In this document: positions 1 to 12,500 of the stretch, piece by piece
Numbering within the stretch: the stretch's first letter is position 1
Layout: each line of letters starts with the position of its first letter
DNA from: Amphiscolops sp. MND2022
Lineage: Eukaryota
Reading direction: 5' to 3'
DNA length: 64,000 nucleotides
Assembly (NCBI GenBank): GCA_964187785.1
Contig: OZ076409.1
Coordinates: forward strand, 73,968,001 to 74,032,000
Translations under genes and position numbers: made by a program
The notes under the pieces: model-generated
What the model was told of the DNA's origin: nothing
Seen by the model: only the letters and a program-made list of their open reading frames with translations
Database searches by the model: none

Positions 1-1509
1 TAAGTTGGAAACCTTGGTATCCATGGTTTCTGTCGGAACCTACTCGCAGCCAAACACCCAACAGTTTGCATCCAATGTGAAATAAAAAATTTTTTCGAGG
101 TCATAAGCGTTTCACAAGGTTTTCATGATTTAGTATTAAATTACATAGTGGTCATTTTAAACATAAAATTTTGGTCCAGGCATGTCGGATATAGTCTGAA
201 TGCTCACGAACGGTCCTACTGGCAACGTAGGAACCATTTATAGTAATAAAAAGTATTAAAAATTTTTTTCACCCGGTCTTCAGTCATTTTTCAGATATTC
301 GGAACTTAACTTAGAAAATTTTCGAACCAAATACCCATTTTTTGTCAGGTCGAAAATTGAAATTCAGCTATTAAAGCAAAATTTTTTACTCTGACGTAAC
401 CAGTGGGGTCCATGATACTCAAAAATACGATTGGGACTGGTACCAATGGCTCCTATATCATATGAGCCGCGATAAGACGTTATTTTGAGCAATACGTCTC
501 AATTGAGGTAAACATCTCGCAAGCCTGGGATCACAGTGAAATGTAATTTCATCAAAAAATTACTCATTTTCGTCAATCACTATGTGCATAGAGTGGGTAG
601 GGTGAGTTCCAACACTATAATGAGGTTTTTGAAGGCATCGGGTTGCTCAAGGGGTGGTATGAGTCATTACTTTCCTATATACAACTGTATTTTCAAAAAC
701 TTTTAGCCCATTATCTGGAAAAACTAACTTGACAAAATACTTTCAATTACTTTATTCAAAGGTTACAATATAGATGAACACTGTGGTTGATCAGAAACTT
801 TCATCTCTTTCGTTTTCCGAAATAACTCCTTTCAAATGTGTTACATTTGTAGCAGGAAAAAAAACTGAAACTAAAAAATACGCGATTTTGCTGAGATAGA
901 ATCGCAATGGTTGCGCCTAAAATCTCTTTAAAAACTTCTAACGCAGCCTTATGGACCCAAAATGATTGAAAATGCCATTCACAATGCTGACATGTGCTCT
1001 TTCTACGATCCTGGCTGGACAAGTTTTGCATTTTTTTCAAGTACCTGTTAACTGAACATTGTGATAGCCTTTCAAGTTGGCCTTGTGTCAACTTGGGAAG
1101 GCTGTCACATCAAAAAACTGTCCACAAAAATACCATTTGTTTATAGGATATTGCTGTCGATGCTTCACTTCGTGATTCGATCATGTCGTGAGTTCCTTCC
1201 ATCAGGTCAGCTAACATTTGGATTCAGTGTTGGATAAGAACCTATGATTTTCATGACAATTTTCGTTTTTTTTTTGCCAACAAAAAGTACAAATAAATGA
1301 TATAAAACATATTTGTAACCTCTAGGAAGTTTAACTTTACCTTTTTTACCGTTACCATCACAACCCACCCCCTACGACCTCGCAGTGTCCTCATTACAAC
1401 GCCACATAGTGTAGCGACGCCCACAGTCTGTGGGCATGCCGAGGCATGCCCTTCGACGACGTATGCCAAAAATAGCGCCCTCCGCGGTCACTACCGCGGT
1501 AGCAGCTAG
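1..1509 (+). mobile_element. Unit 0 (5' part outside window), ~2-kb class; close copy of unit 23014-25003
   Basis: Body matches 23494-25003 (ORF-track offset 23493). Internal hairpin H2 at 1061-1108, core palindrome 1432-1451, terminal hairpin CCGCGGT-cact-ACCGCGG, then CTAG 1506-1509. Confidence 0.7.
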
Positions 1510-2787
1510 GTGGTCGTTAGCATGGGATTTTCTTTATGAGCGTAGTCCACTTTTTTTAGGCCGGGGTAGGGTCCCGGGCCGTTACCAATTTCTTACGGAG
1601 GAAAAATGTGAAAATCTGCGAGTTTAAAAAATTGGCCCGTACGATTTGGCTGAAAATTGGCACACAGCATCGTCTTGGTAAACAAATGACTTTGTCCTAG
1701 TGACATTTTGCCCAGAAAATTCAAAAAGTTGGTCAAATTGAAAATTTTTTGACCGTCTAAGGCTAAAATTTGACTTTTTCGCTTTTTTTGGTCAATTTCC
1801 TCAGAACTGGTTGATTTTGGTGAAGTAAGTCATAAGAGGTTATAAGGTCTGCAAAAAGCCATCAATTGGCTTGCATAATCAGATTTTGTCAAAAGTGTTT
1901 AGTTTTTTCAAAATTCCACACTTTTTTTTCATGTCAGTGTTTTTTGATACAATTTATTGAATTTTTACTAAGTTCCACTAAATATTTTTAAAATGTTTTT
2001 AAAAAACCTTTTTTTGCACGTTTTTGATGTTTTTTGCTCTCCCATATAGGTTTTCGCATACGGGGAACCTGAATCTGACAACGAAATAATTTTATTCCGC
2101 AGTTCAACTTACGCCATTTTTAATAGTGAAAAATCACTCATTTTCAATCTAACGAGTGAAAATATCAGAATTTAAAAACCTAAAGTTGAGTTTAAGGCGA
2201 CTTACAGGTAGAAACAAATGCTCAGAAACAAACTGATTTCTTGTATTAGCTAAAGAAAGCCTTTAAAATTCTTTTTACTTTCTTTAAATCAAAATTCGAC
2301 ACTTTTCATGAAATTTGTCAGTGGAAAAAATTTATCATTTTTTAAATTAAAAACTTGCTTTGTTGGTCATTTCCGTTAGTCATTAGTAGCTGTGTAATGC
2401 TCCAAAGCCTTTCAAGTTCTTTTGACCCTATTTGAAAATTTTTGATACTGCATAATCAATCCGAGAGAACGAAACAGTTGTGTACATTCCATCTCCCTCT
2501 TGGGGGAGATGAGAATGTACTTCCTAAAGTCCAGGTACTACAGATCATATTTGGTTTTATGCGACGCCCTCTATGCTAGTGCATATAAATACAAGTTGTT
2601 TGGCTGGATTTTGCTTCTGACTTGACGTATACTGTACGTTTGGTACTGACAATACCCATCATTTACATAACAAACGTCAACGCCACATACCCTTACCAAC
2701 GCCCATAGTCCGTAGGCATGCCGAGGCATGCCTTTCGACGACGCGCGCCAAACACAAGCGCGCCCGCACTTTTGCGGTAGCAGCTAG
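1510..2787 (+). mobile_element. Unit 1, 1278 bp, ~1.3-kb class, distinct family
   Basis: Starts GTGGTC. Left hairpin 1559-1580, H1 hairpin 2482-2520, core 2714-2733, CTAG 2784-2787. Body is seen only once in the window. Confidence 0.7.
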
Positions 2788-5022
2788 GTGGGCGGGGGTA
2801 ATTCCCCAACAAAAAAATCGGCCGGCGGGTCGGGTCCTGCCGGCCGTCCAAAATCAAAATTATACTAGTAGAAAACGGCCGGTCAAACGAGCTATTTTTT
2901 TATTTAACCGTTAGAATTTGGGTTTAGATTGCATGCGGCCATGAAATGGCCATACGAATCGAAGTTCCTGCTGACGTTTTGCGATTGAAACACTTTATAA
3001 AAAGTTATGGCCAATTTGTCAGTCACCTAGAAGGGCAAAATGAGGAAAATTTTAACAAAGTCGCTGATAACTCAAAATGTGTTATTTTTTGGACTTTGAC
3101 TGTGAAACAAGCTTGGAACCTTCATTTCGTGGCTGTGGCATTGCACTGAACGCAAAAGATGTAAAGTTTTTACATTTTTTGAAAATTTGACATTTTTGAA
3201 ATTTTTTTCACTACTATCAGTACCATATATGTCAAAAACACCTCAGAAAAAAAATTTTATTTGCTTTAACTTGGAAACCTTGGTATCCATGGTTTCTGTC
3301 GGAACCTACTCGCAACCAAACAACCAACAGTTTGCATCCAATGTGAAAATAAAAAATTTTTCTGGGTCATAAGCGTTTCACAAGGATTTCTCAACTTAGT
3401 ATTGATTTACAAAATGGTCATTTTGAACACAATATTTTCATCGAGGCTTGTCGGCTATAGCCTTAATGTTCTAGAACGGTCCCACTGGCAACGTAGGAAC
3501 CATTTATAGTAATAGAAAGTTTAAAAAATATATTATCACCCTGTCTTCAGTCATTTTTCTGTCATTCGGAACTTAACTTAGAAAAATTTCGACCAAAATA
3601 CCCATTTTTTGACAGATCGAAAATTCAAATTCAACTTTTTAAGCAAAATTATTAACTCTGACGTAACCAGTGGGGCTCATGATACTCAAAAACACGATTG
3701 GGACTGGTACCAATGGCTCCAATATCATATGAGCCGCGATAAGACGTTATTTTGAGCAATACGTCTCAATTGAGGGAAACATCTCGCAAGCCTGGGATCA
3801 CAGTTAAAAGTGATTTCGTCAAAAATTTACTCTTTTTCGTCAATCACTATGTACACAGAGTGCGTAGGGTGAGTTTCAGCACTATAATGCGGTTTTTGAA
3901 GGAATCGGTCTGCTCAAGGGGTGGTATGAGACATTTTTTTTGCATGTAGTACTATATTTCTCAAAACTTTTAGCCCATTATCTCGAAAAGCTCACTTCGC
4001 AAATTACTTTCAGTTACTCTATTCGAAGCTTAGAATATATATGAACACTGTGGTTGATCAGAAACTCTTGACTATTTTGTTTTTGGAAAAAAACTGCCTT
4101 GCATGTGTTACATTAGTGGCAGGAAAAATACCAGTAGCTCCAAAAATCACAATTTTGGACGGACAGACCTGCAATGATGCAAAGCAAAAACGTTTCAACA
4201 ACTTCTGGCGCCACTTTTTTTACCCAAGAGGTTCGAAATTACTATTAACAATGCTGACATTCGCTATAAATAAGATCGAGGTCAATTTATTAACACTTAG
4301 GTTATACATTTATATCTGAGAAACCATTCTTTGTCAGGTCGCAATTTTAAATTTAGTTTGGGAAGCAATACTTTTCACTCTGAAGCAAACCGTTGGGCCC
4401 AAATTACTCAAAAACTACAAAAAGACTGTCACCATATGCCCTAATAGCATATGAGATTCGACCGTTCGTTTTTAACACAAAAACTCTCATCCGAAGTAAA
4501 CATGTTGAAAGCCTTGAATCACCGTGAGAAATGATTTCATCAAAAAATATTCCTTTTTCGTCAATCTTTATCTACACAGAACACGTTGTGTCATTTTCAG
4601 CCGTGAAATGAGCTTCTACCGTAATATGGGTTGCTCAAGGTGTTGTATAAGTCAAAAACTTCCTCTTTTCTACTATCTTCTTCAAATATTTCAACCCTTT
4701 GTCACAAGAAGTTAATATTCAAAATCTCTTTGAAATGTTTCTTTAGGTTGGGGTGAAGTGTTAGAACAATAATTATGATCGAAGAATGATAGTATTGGTG
4801 TTTGGACCATGTCCGGATGAACAAATTGCAAAATCATGAAAAATTTCTTACCATTTTTGGTCATTTTGTCAGTACTAAAAATGTTAGCTGAAAAAGAATT
4901 TTTTTGATGGCACCATTGGATTCCTCTCAAAAAGTTAGCTATATGAACTGTGTAATAACCCCGTATCTTTTCAATTTAAATAATTTTAAAAAGCAAACTT
5001 TTTTGACTAAAATCCTAAAAAT

Positions 5023-6370
5023 CATACCATTTCCTAAAAAATTTCAAATGCCCCCCATTTGACGTATAAGAATAGCACAGAAAACTATCACATACCGATC
5101 GACTCTACTTCCATTGTAAATTACCAGAATTTTGTTTAGAACAATTTTTGACGGATGCAAAAAAAATTTAAACCCTCCAAAAAAGGGCCAAAATTACACG
5201 AAAAAATTGACCTTAAAATTTTAAAATGTCGAAAAATCATCAAAACCACAGCTTCTTGGGGTTCTATCAACTCCACGTGGTCCACAGAGTATGTTAAAAC
5301 AAGTTTTACCCGTATTTGAGCAATATGTGAAAAAGCCGACTTTTTTGGGAATGAAAAACATACCATTTCCTAAAAAATTTCAAACGCACCCCATTTGACG
5401 TATAAGAATAGCACAGAAAACTATCACATACCGATCGACTCTACTTCCATTGTAGGTTACCAGAATCTTGTTTAGAACAATTGTTGACGGATGCAAAAAA
5501 AAATTAAACCCTCCAAAAATGGGCCAAAATTACACGAAAAAATTGACCTTAAATTTTTAAAATGTCAAAAAATCATCAAAACCACAGCTTCTTGGGGTTC
5601 TATCAACTCCACGTGGTCCACAGAGTATGCTAAAACAGGTTTTACCTGTTTCTGAGCTATATGTGAAAAAACCGACATTTTGGGGAAGAAAAACATACCA
5701 TTTCCTAAAAAATTTCAAATGCACGCCATTTGCCGTATGAGAATAGCACAGAAAACTATCACATACCGATCAACTCTACTTCTATTGTAGATTATCAGAT
5801 TCTTGTTTAGAACAAATTTTTATGGATATAAAAAATTTTTAAACCCTCCAAAAATGAGCCAAAATAACACGAAAAAATGGACCCTAAATTTTTAAAATGT
5901 CAAAAAATTATCCAAACCACAGCTTCTTGGGGTTCTATCAGCTCCACGTGGTCCACAGAGTATGCTAAAACAGGTTTTGCCCGTTTTTGAGCAGTATATG
6001 AAAAAGCCGACATTTTTGGGGAAGAAAAACATACCATTTCCTAAATAATTTCAAATGCAGGCAATTTGCCGTATGAGAGTAGCACAGAAAACTATCACAC
6101 ACCGATCAACTCTACTTCTTTTGTAGATTATCAGAATTATGTTTAGAGTAAAGTTTTATGGATATGAAAAATTTTTATACCCTCCAAAAATGGGCCAAAA
6201 TGACACGAAAAAATTGACCTCAAATTTTTAAAATGTCAAAAAATTATCCAAACCACAGCGTCTTGGCGTTCTATCAACTCCAAATGACCTTCAGAGTATA
6301 CCAAACCAGGTATTGCCAATCTTTTGAGCAATATTTAAAAACACCGACAATTTGGCAAGAACACCATAAT
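5023..6370. repeat. Internal tandem repeat, ~4 x 336 bp (unit 2)
   Basis: CATACCATTTCCTAAA recurs at 5023, 5359, 5694 and 6030. End position approximate. Confidence 0.9.
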
Positions 6371-7436
6371 ATGTTCCATATAAGAAGTGAATCATTCCAC
6401 ATATATACCCGGTCTAATATTTCCAAATTAGCGATAACATTTATACATGATGGTTTTTGAAAGTGAGCTTCATAAGAGGTTGAGATGTAATAATACGTAA
6501 ATGGACCCTAAGTTTCATTGAAATCTCAATTGAATACGTCCAATCAACTTCAATCCTAACTATTATATATCAAAAAACACTTGAGTACATTCCATCTCCC
6601 CATCGGGGGAGATGAGAATGTACTTTTCAAAAGCCAAAAACTTCGAATTTTAAATCTTTTGTAACATTGTATGTAACTGTTGAAACGATGAACGAATAAA
6701 AATGCTTCTAGTACCTTCATCAATTTTTGCTTCAGCTCCTATTTCTGCAGAACAAAACCAAAAGACACACTTACAGCAGTTAAGTTCGATTGTATAACTC
6801 AGTGAATAAAGGTATGACTGAGGAAGTTCACAAGTTGTTTCAAAAGTTTCCGGCCTTCCAAAATCATGAAACGTCCACACAACCAAGATAGCAAGTGAAA
6901 GAATGCTGAATGCACCTTATTAGATGAGATAAATAATGTGTGGAACTTGCCATTATCTCAAGATGACGTTGATTTATGATCTTTTCAGGATAGTTCGATA
7001 TGTGACCACAATAGTGGAAAACTTATTACTATTTGAAGAACACCGTGGAAAGCGTTCAGAAAGGACAGTATATTTGTTTCGAGCATGCATGCGTGTGTTC
7101 CTTTGGTGACGTTAGCTTAGTGTACATGACGGAGGTATTCGAGAGATTATGATAGAGTTTACTCACAAGTCTTTGTTTTTTTAAACTTTCTATGCCGTTG
7201 AGTACATTCGTAAGGTACATCCATCCCCTTCTCTGGGAATGTACGTTTGCCAAATGACTGTCATCCAAAATTCGTAATCCGGACGAGTTTAACTACATAA
7301 ACATGTGATGAGCGTTTTCAATTCACAACCGAATAACATTTTTTTCTCGAAAATGATGATGGTTTTGATTTTGATGTCTTCTACTTTTATCATCATGCAA
7401 ACGACCTTACCATGTCTCTCTTCTGTCGTCATTTGT

Positions 7437-7549
7437 ACAACGCCACATAGCGTTCCGACGCCCACCGTCTGTGGGCATGCCGAGGCATGCCCTTCGACGA
7501 CGTATGCCAAATGAGCCATACCCGCACTCTGGAGTGCGGTAGCAGCTAG
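7437..7549 (+). other. Representative conserved right-end module (present in all 23 unit ends)
   Basis: CAACGCC...CGACGCCCAC-GTCYGT-RGGCATGCCGAGGCATGCCY-TTCGACGACG-variable spacer-GC hairpin-CTRR. About 48-59 nt separate the palindrome from the end. Confidence 0.9.
7473..7492. promoter_or_regulatory. Invariant 20-bp palindrome, probable protein-binding site; 19/20 match to the p53-family response element (representative of 23 copies)
   Basis: GGGCATGCCG|AGGCATGCCC compared with RRRCWWGYYY x2 with zero spacer. Function not demonstrated. Confidence 0.5.
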
Positions 7550-9531
7550 GTGGGCGGGGGTAATTCCCCTTCAAAAAATTCGGCCGGCGGGTTGGGTCCT
7601 GCCGGACGTCAAATAGTGTGAAACATCCAGTAGGAAACGGCGACATTTATCAGCGATTTTAAAATTTAACCGTTAGAATTCGGACTTGGAGTGCATGCGG
7701 CCCCAAAATGCCCATACGAATGGAAGTTCCTGCTGACGTTAAGCGATAAAAACACTTTATAAAAAGTTATGGCCCATTTTACGTTCACTTAGAGAGGTAA
7801 AATGAGGAAAATTTTAACAAAGTTGCTGATAACTCAAAATACTTTAATTTTTGGACTTTGACTGTGAAACAAGCTTGGAACCTTCATTTCGTGGCTGTGG
7901 CATTGCACTGAACACAAAAGATGTAAAGTTTTCACATTTTTTGAAAATTCGACATTTTTGAATTTTTTTCACTACTATCTGTACACTATATGTCAAAAAC
8001 ACCTCTGAAAAAATTTTTTGTTTGCTTAAATTTAGAAACCTCGGTATCCATGGTTTCTGTCGGAACCTACACGCAGCCAAACACTCAACAGTTTGCATCC
8101 AATGTGAAAATAAAATTTTTTTCGGGGTCATAAGCGTTTCACAAGGATTTCTCAACTTAGTATTAATTTACAAAATGGTCATTTTGAACACAATATTTTC
8201 ATCGAGGCTTGTCGGCTATAGCCTTAATGTTCTAGAACGGTCCCACTGGCAACGTAGGAACCATTTATAGTAATAGAAAGTTTTAAAAAAATTTTTTCAT
8301 CCGGTCTTCAGTCATTTTTCAGTCATTCGGAACTTAACTTAGAAAAATTTCGACCAAAATACCCATTTTTTGTCAGGTCGAAAATTCAAATTCAGATTTT
8401 TAAGCGATATTATTAACTCTGACGTAACCCATGGGGCCCATGATACTCAAAACAACGATTGACACTGGTATCAATGGCTCCAATAACATATGAGTCGCGA
8501 TAAGACGTTATTTTGAGCAATACGTCTCAATTGAGGTAAAGATCTCGCAAGCCAGCGATCACTGTGAAATGTGATTTCATCATAAATTTACTCATTTTTG
8601 TCAATCACTATGTGCACAGAATGCGTAGGGTGCGTTTCAGCACTATAATGAGGTATTTGAAAGCATCGAGTTGCTCAAGGGGTGGTATGAGACATTTTTG
8701 TCCCATATACTTCTGTATTTTCCAAAATTTTTAGCCCAATATCTGGAAATACAAACATGACAAATAACTTTCAACTACTTTATTCAAAGGTTACAATATA
8801 GATGAACACTGTGGTTGGTCAGAAACTTTCATCTCTTTCGTTTTCCGAAATATTTCCCTTCGCATGTGTTACATTTGTAGCAGAAAAAAAATCGATACTG
8901 AAAAATACGCTATTTTGCTAATATAGAATCGCAATGATTGTGCCTAAAAACTCTTTAAACACTTCTAGCGCGACCTTACGCACCCAAAATTATCGAAAAT
9001 GCTATTCACAATGGTGACATGTGCTCTTTCAACGATCCTGACTGAACAATTTTCGCAAATTATTCAAGTACCTGTTAACTGAATCTCGTGATAGCCTTTT
9101 AAGTTGGCCTTGTGTCAACTTGGGAAGGCTATCACATCAAAAAATTTCCAACAATAATACTTTTTGTTTATTGGAAATGACAGTCGATATATAATTTCGT
9201 GATTCTATACTACCGTTAGTACCTTCCATTAAGTCACGTGACGATTGCATTCAGTCTTTGATAAATACCTATGAACTCGAAGTCATATTTATAAATTTTT
9301 CGCTAAAAATAATTATCAAAATTATCCAAATTATTTAAAATTGAGTCTTTATCGTTTTTGTTTTTCTTTTTCTACTGTTATTAGGCCCATCAACTTCCTA
9401 CAGCCACGCTCTCTGTCATTAGTACAACGCCACATAGTGTTGCGACGTTCACAGTCTGTGGGCATGCCGAGGCATGCCCTTCGACGACGTATGCCGAATA
9501 CCGCGGGCCTACGCCCGCGCTCCCCGGCTAG
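7550..9531 (+). mobile_element. Unit 3, 1982 bp, ~2-kb class
   Basis: Shares its first ~1.27 kb with the 4.76-kb class. H2 at 9088-9135, core 9460-9479, hairpin CGCGGGC-ctac-GCCCGCG, CTAG 9528-9531. Confidence 0.75.
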
Positions 9532-12500
9532 GTGGGCGGGGGTAATTCCCCAACTAAAAAATCGGCCGGCGGGTAGGGTCCTGCCGGCCGTCCAAAATCA
9601 AAAATATACTAGTAGAAAACGGCCGGTCAAACGAGCTATTTTTTTATTTAACCGTTAGAATTTGGGTTTAGATTGCATGCGGCCATGAAATGGCCATACG
9701 AATCGAAGTTCCTGCTGACGTTTTGCGATTGAAACACTTTATAAAAAGTTATGGCCAATTTGTCAGTCACCTAGAAGGGCAAAATGAGGAAAATTTTAAC
9801 AAAGTCGCTGATAACTCAAAATGTGTTATTTTTTGGACTTTGACTGTGAAACAAGCTTGGAACCTTCATTTCGTGGCTGTGGCATTGCACTGAACGCAAA
9901 AGATGTAAAGTTTTTACATTTTTTGAAAATTTGACATTTTTGAAATTTTTTTCACTACTATCAGTACCATATATGTCAAAAACACCTCAGAAAAAAAATT
10001 TTATTTGCTTTAACTTGGAAACCTTGGTATCCATGGTTTCTGTCGGAACCTACTCGCAACCAAACAACCAACAGTTTGCATCCAATGTGAAAATAAAAAA
10101 TTTTTCTGGGTCATAAGCGTTTCACAAGGATTTCTCAACTTAGTATTAATTTACAAAATGGTCATTTTGAACACAATATTTTCATCGAGGCTTGTCGGCT
10201 ATAGCCTTAATGTTCTAGAACGGTCCCACTGGCAACGTAGGAAACATTTATAGTAATAGAAAGTTTAAAAAATATATTATCACCCTGTCTTCAGTCATTT
10301 TTCTGTCATTCGGAACTTAACTTAGAAAAATTTCGACCAAAATACCCATTTTTTGACAGATCGAAAATTCAAATTCAACTTTTTAAGCAAAATTATTAAC
10401 TCTGACGTAACCAGTGGGGCTCATGATACTCAAAAACACGATTGGGACTGGTACCAATGGCTCCAATATCATATGAGCCGCGATAAGACGTTATTTTGAG
10501 CAATACGTCTCAATTGAGGGAAACATCTCGCAAGCCTGGGATCACAGTTAAAGGTGATTTCGTCAAAAATTTACTCTTTTTCGTCAATCACTATGTACAC
10601 AGAGTGCGTAGGGTGAGTTTCAGCACTATAATGCGGTTTTTGAAGGAATCGGTCTGCTCAAGGGGTGGTATGAGACATTTTTTTTGCATGTAGTACTATA
10701 TTTCTCAAAACTTTTAGCCCATTATCTCGAAAAGCTCACTTCGCAAATTACTTTCAGTTACTCTATTCGAAGTTTAGAATATATATGAACACTGTGGTTG
10801 ATCAGAAACTCTTGACTATTTTGTTTTTGGAAAAAAACTGCCTTGCATGTGTTACATTAGTGGCAGGAAAAATACCAGTAGCTCCAAAAATCACAATTTT
10901 GGACGGACAGACCTGCAATGATGCAAAGCAAAAACGTTTCAACAACTTCTGGCGCCACTTTTTTTACCCAAGAGGTTCGAAATTACTATTAACAATGCTG
11001 ACATTCGCTATAAATAAGATCGAGGTCAATTTACTAACACTTAGGTTATACATTTATATCTGAGAAACCATTCTTTGTCAGGTCGCAATTTTAAATTTAG
11101 TTTGGGAAGCAATACTTTTCACTCTGAAGCAAACCGTTGGGCCCAAATTACTCAAAAACTACAAAAAGACTGTCACCATATGCCCTAATAGCATATGAGA
11201 TTCGACCGTTCGTTTTTAACACAAAAACTCTCATCCGAAGTAAACATGTTGAAAGCCTTGAATCACCGTGAGAAATGATTTCATCAAAAAATATTCCTTT
11301 TTCGTCAATCTTTATCTACACAGAACACGTTGTGTCATTTTCAGCCGTGAAATGAGCTTCTACCGTAATATGGGTTGCTCAAGGTGTTGTATAAGACAAA
11401 AACTTCCTCTTTTCTACTATCTTCTTCAAATATTTCAACCCTTTGTCACAAGAAGTTAATATTCAAAATCTCTTTGAAATGTTTCTTTAGGTTGGGGTGA
11501 AGTGTTAGAACAATAATTATGATCGAAGAATGATAGTATTGGTGTTTGGACCATGTCCGGATGAACAAATTGCAAAATCATGAAAAATTTCTTACCATTT
11601 TTGGTCATTTTGTCAGTACTAAAAATGTTAGCTGAAAAAGAATTTTTTTGATGGCACCATTGGATTCCTCTCAAAAAGTTAGCTATATTAACTGTGTAAT
11701 AACCCCGTATCTTTTCAATTTAAATAATTTTAAAAAGCCAACTTTTTTGACTAAAATCCTAAAAATCATACCATTTCCTAAAAAATTTCAAATGCCCCCC
11801 ATTTGACGTATAAGAATAGCACAGAAAACTATCACATACCGATCGACTCTACTTCCATTGTAGATTACCAGAATTTTGTTTAGAACAATTTTTGACAGAT
11901 GCAAAAAAAATTTAAACCCTCCAAAAAAGGGCCAAAATTACACGAAAAAATTGACCTTAAAATTTTAAAATGTCGAAAAATCATCAAAACCACAGCTTCT
12001 TGGGGTTCTATCAACTCCACGTGGTCCACAGAGTATGTTAAAACAAGTTTTACCCGTATTTGAGCAATATGTGAAAAAGCCGACTTTTTAGGGAATGAAA
12101 AACATACCATTTCCTAAAAAATTTCAAACGCACCCCATTTGACGTATAAGAATAGCACAGAAAACTATCACATACCGATCGACTCTACTTCCATTGTAGG
12201 TTACCAGAATCTTGTTTAGAACAATTGTTGACGGATGCAAAAAAAAATTAAACCCTCCAAAAATGGGCCAAAATTACACGAAAAAATTGACCTTAAATTT
12301 TTAAAATGTCAAAAAATCATCAAAACCACAGCTTCTTGGGGTTCTATCAACTCCACGTGGTCCACAGAGTATGCTAAAACAGGTTTTACCTGTTTCTGAG
12401 CTATATGTGAAAAAACCGACATTTTGGGGAAGAAAAACATACCATTTCCTAAAAAATTTCAAATGCACGCCATTTGCCGTATGAGAATAGCACAGAAAAC

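Larger units (their letters stand above)
2788..7549 (+). mobile_element. Unit 2, 4762 bp, 4.76-kb class
   Basis: Starts GTGGGCGGGGGTAATTCCCC. Internal ~336-bp tandem repeat, H1 at 6584-6624, core 7473-7492, hairpin CCGCACTC-tg-GAGTGCGG, CTAG 7546-7549. Confidence 0.75.

Noticed and set aside
1500..1513. Bracovirus-type direct-repeat junction (AGCT core)
   Set aside because: AGCT occurs only in some junctions (others read GGCTAG, TCTGG, CTCTAG, TGCTAG). The units are short, gene-free and have no spacers.
2819..2850. tRNA-like 3' end (GCGGG-TCGGGT-CCTGC-CGGCCG-T-CCA) or HDV-ribozyme-like GGCCGGC start
   Set aside because: The loop is 6 nt without TTCGA, there are no D or anticodon arms, and CCA is absent in other variants. 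There is no room for the HDV nested pseudoknot.
2788..7549. Cut-and-paste TIR element or MITE
   Set aside because: The left and right ends are not terminal inverted repeats of each other, and no variable target-site duplications are present.
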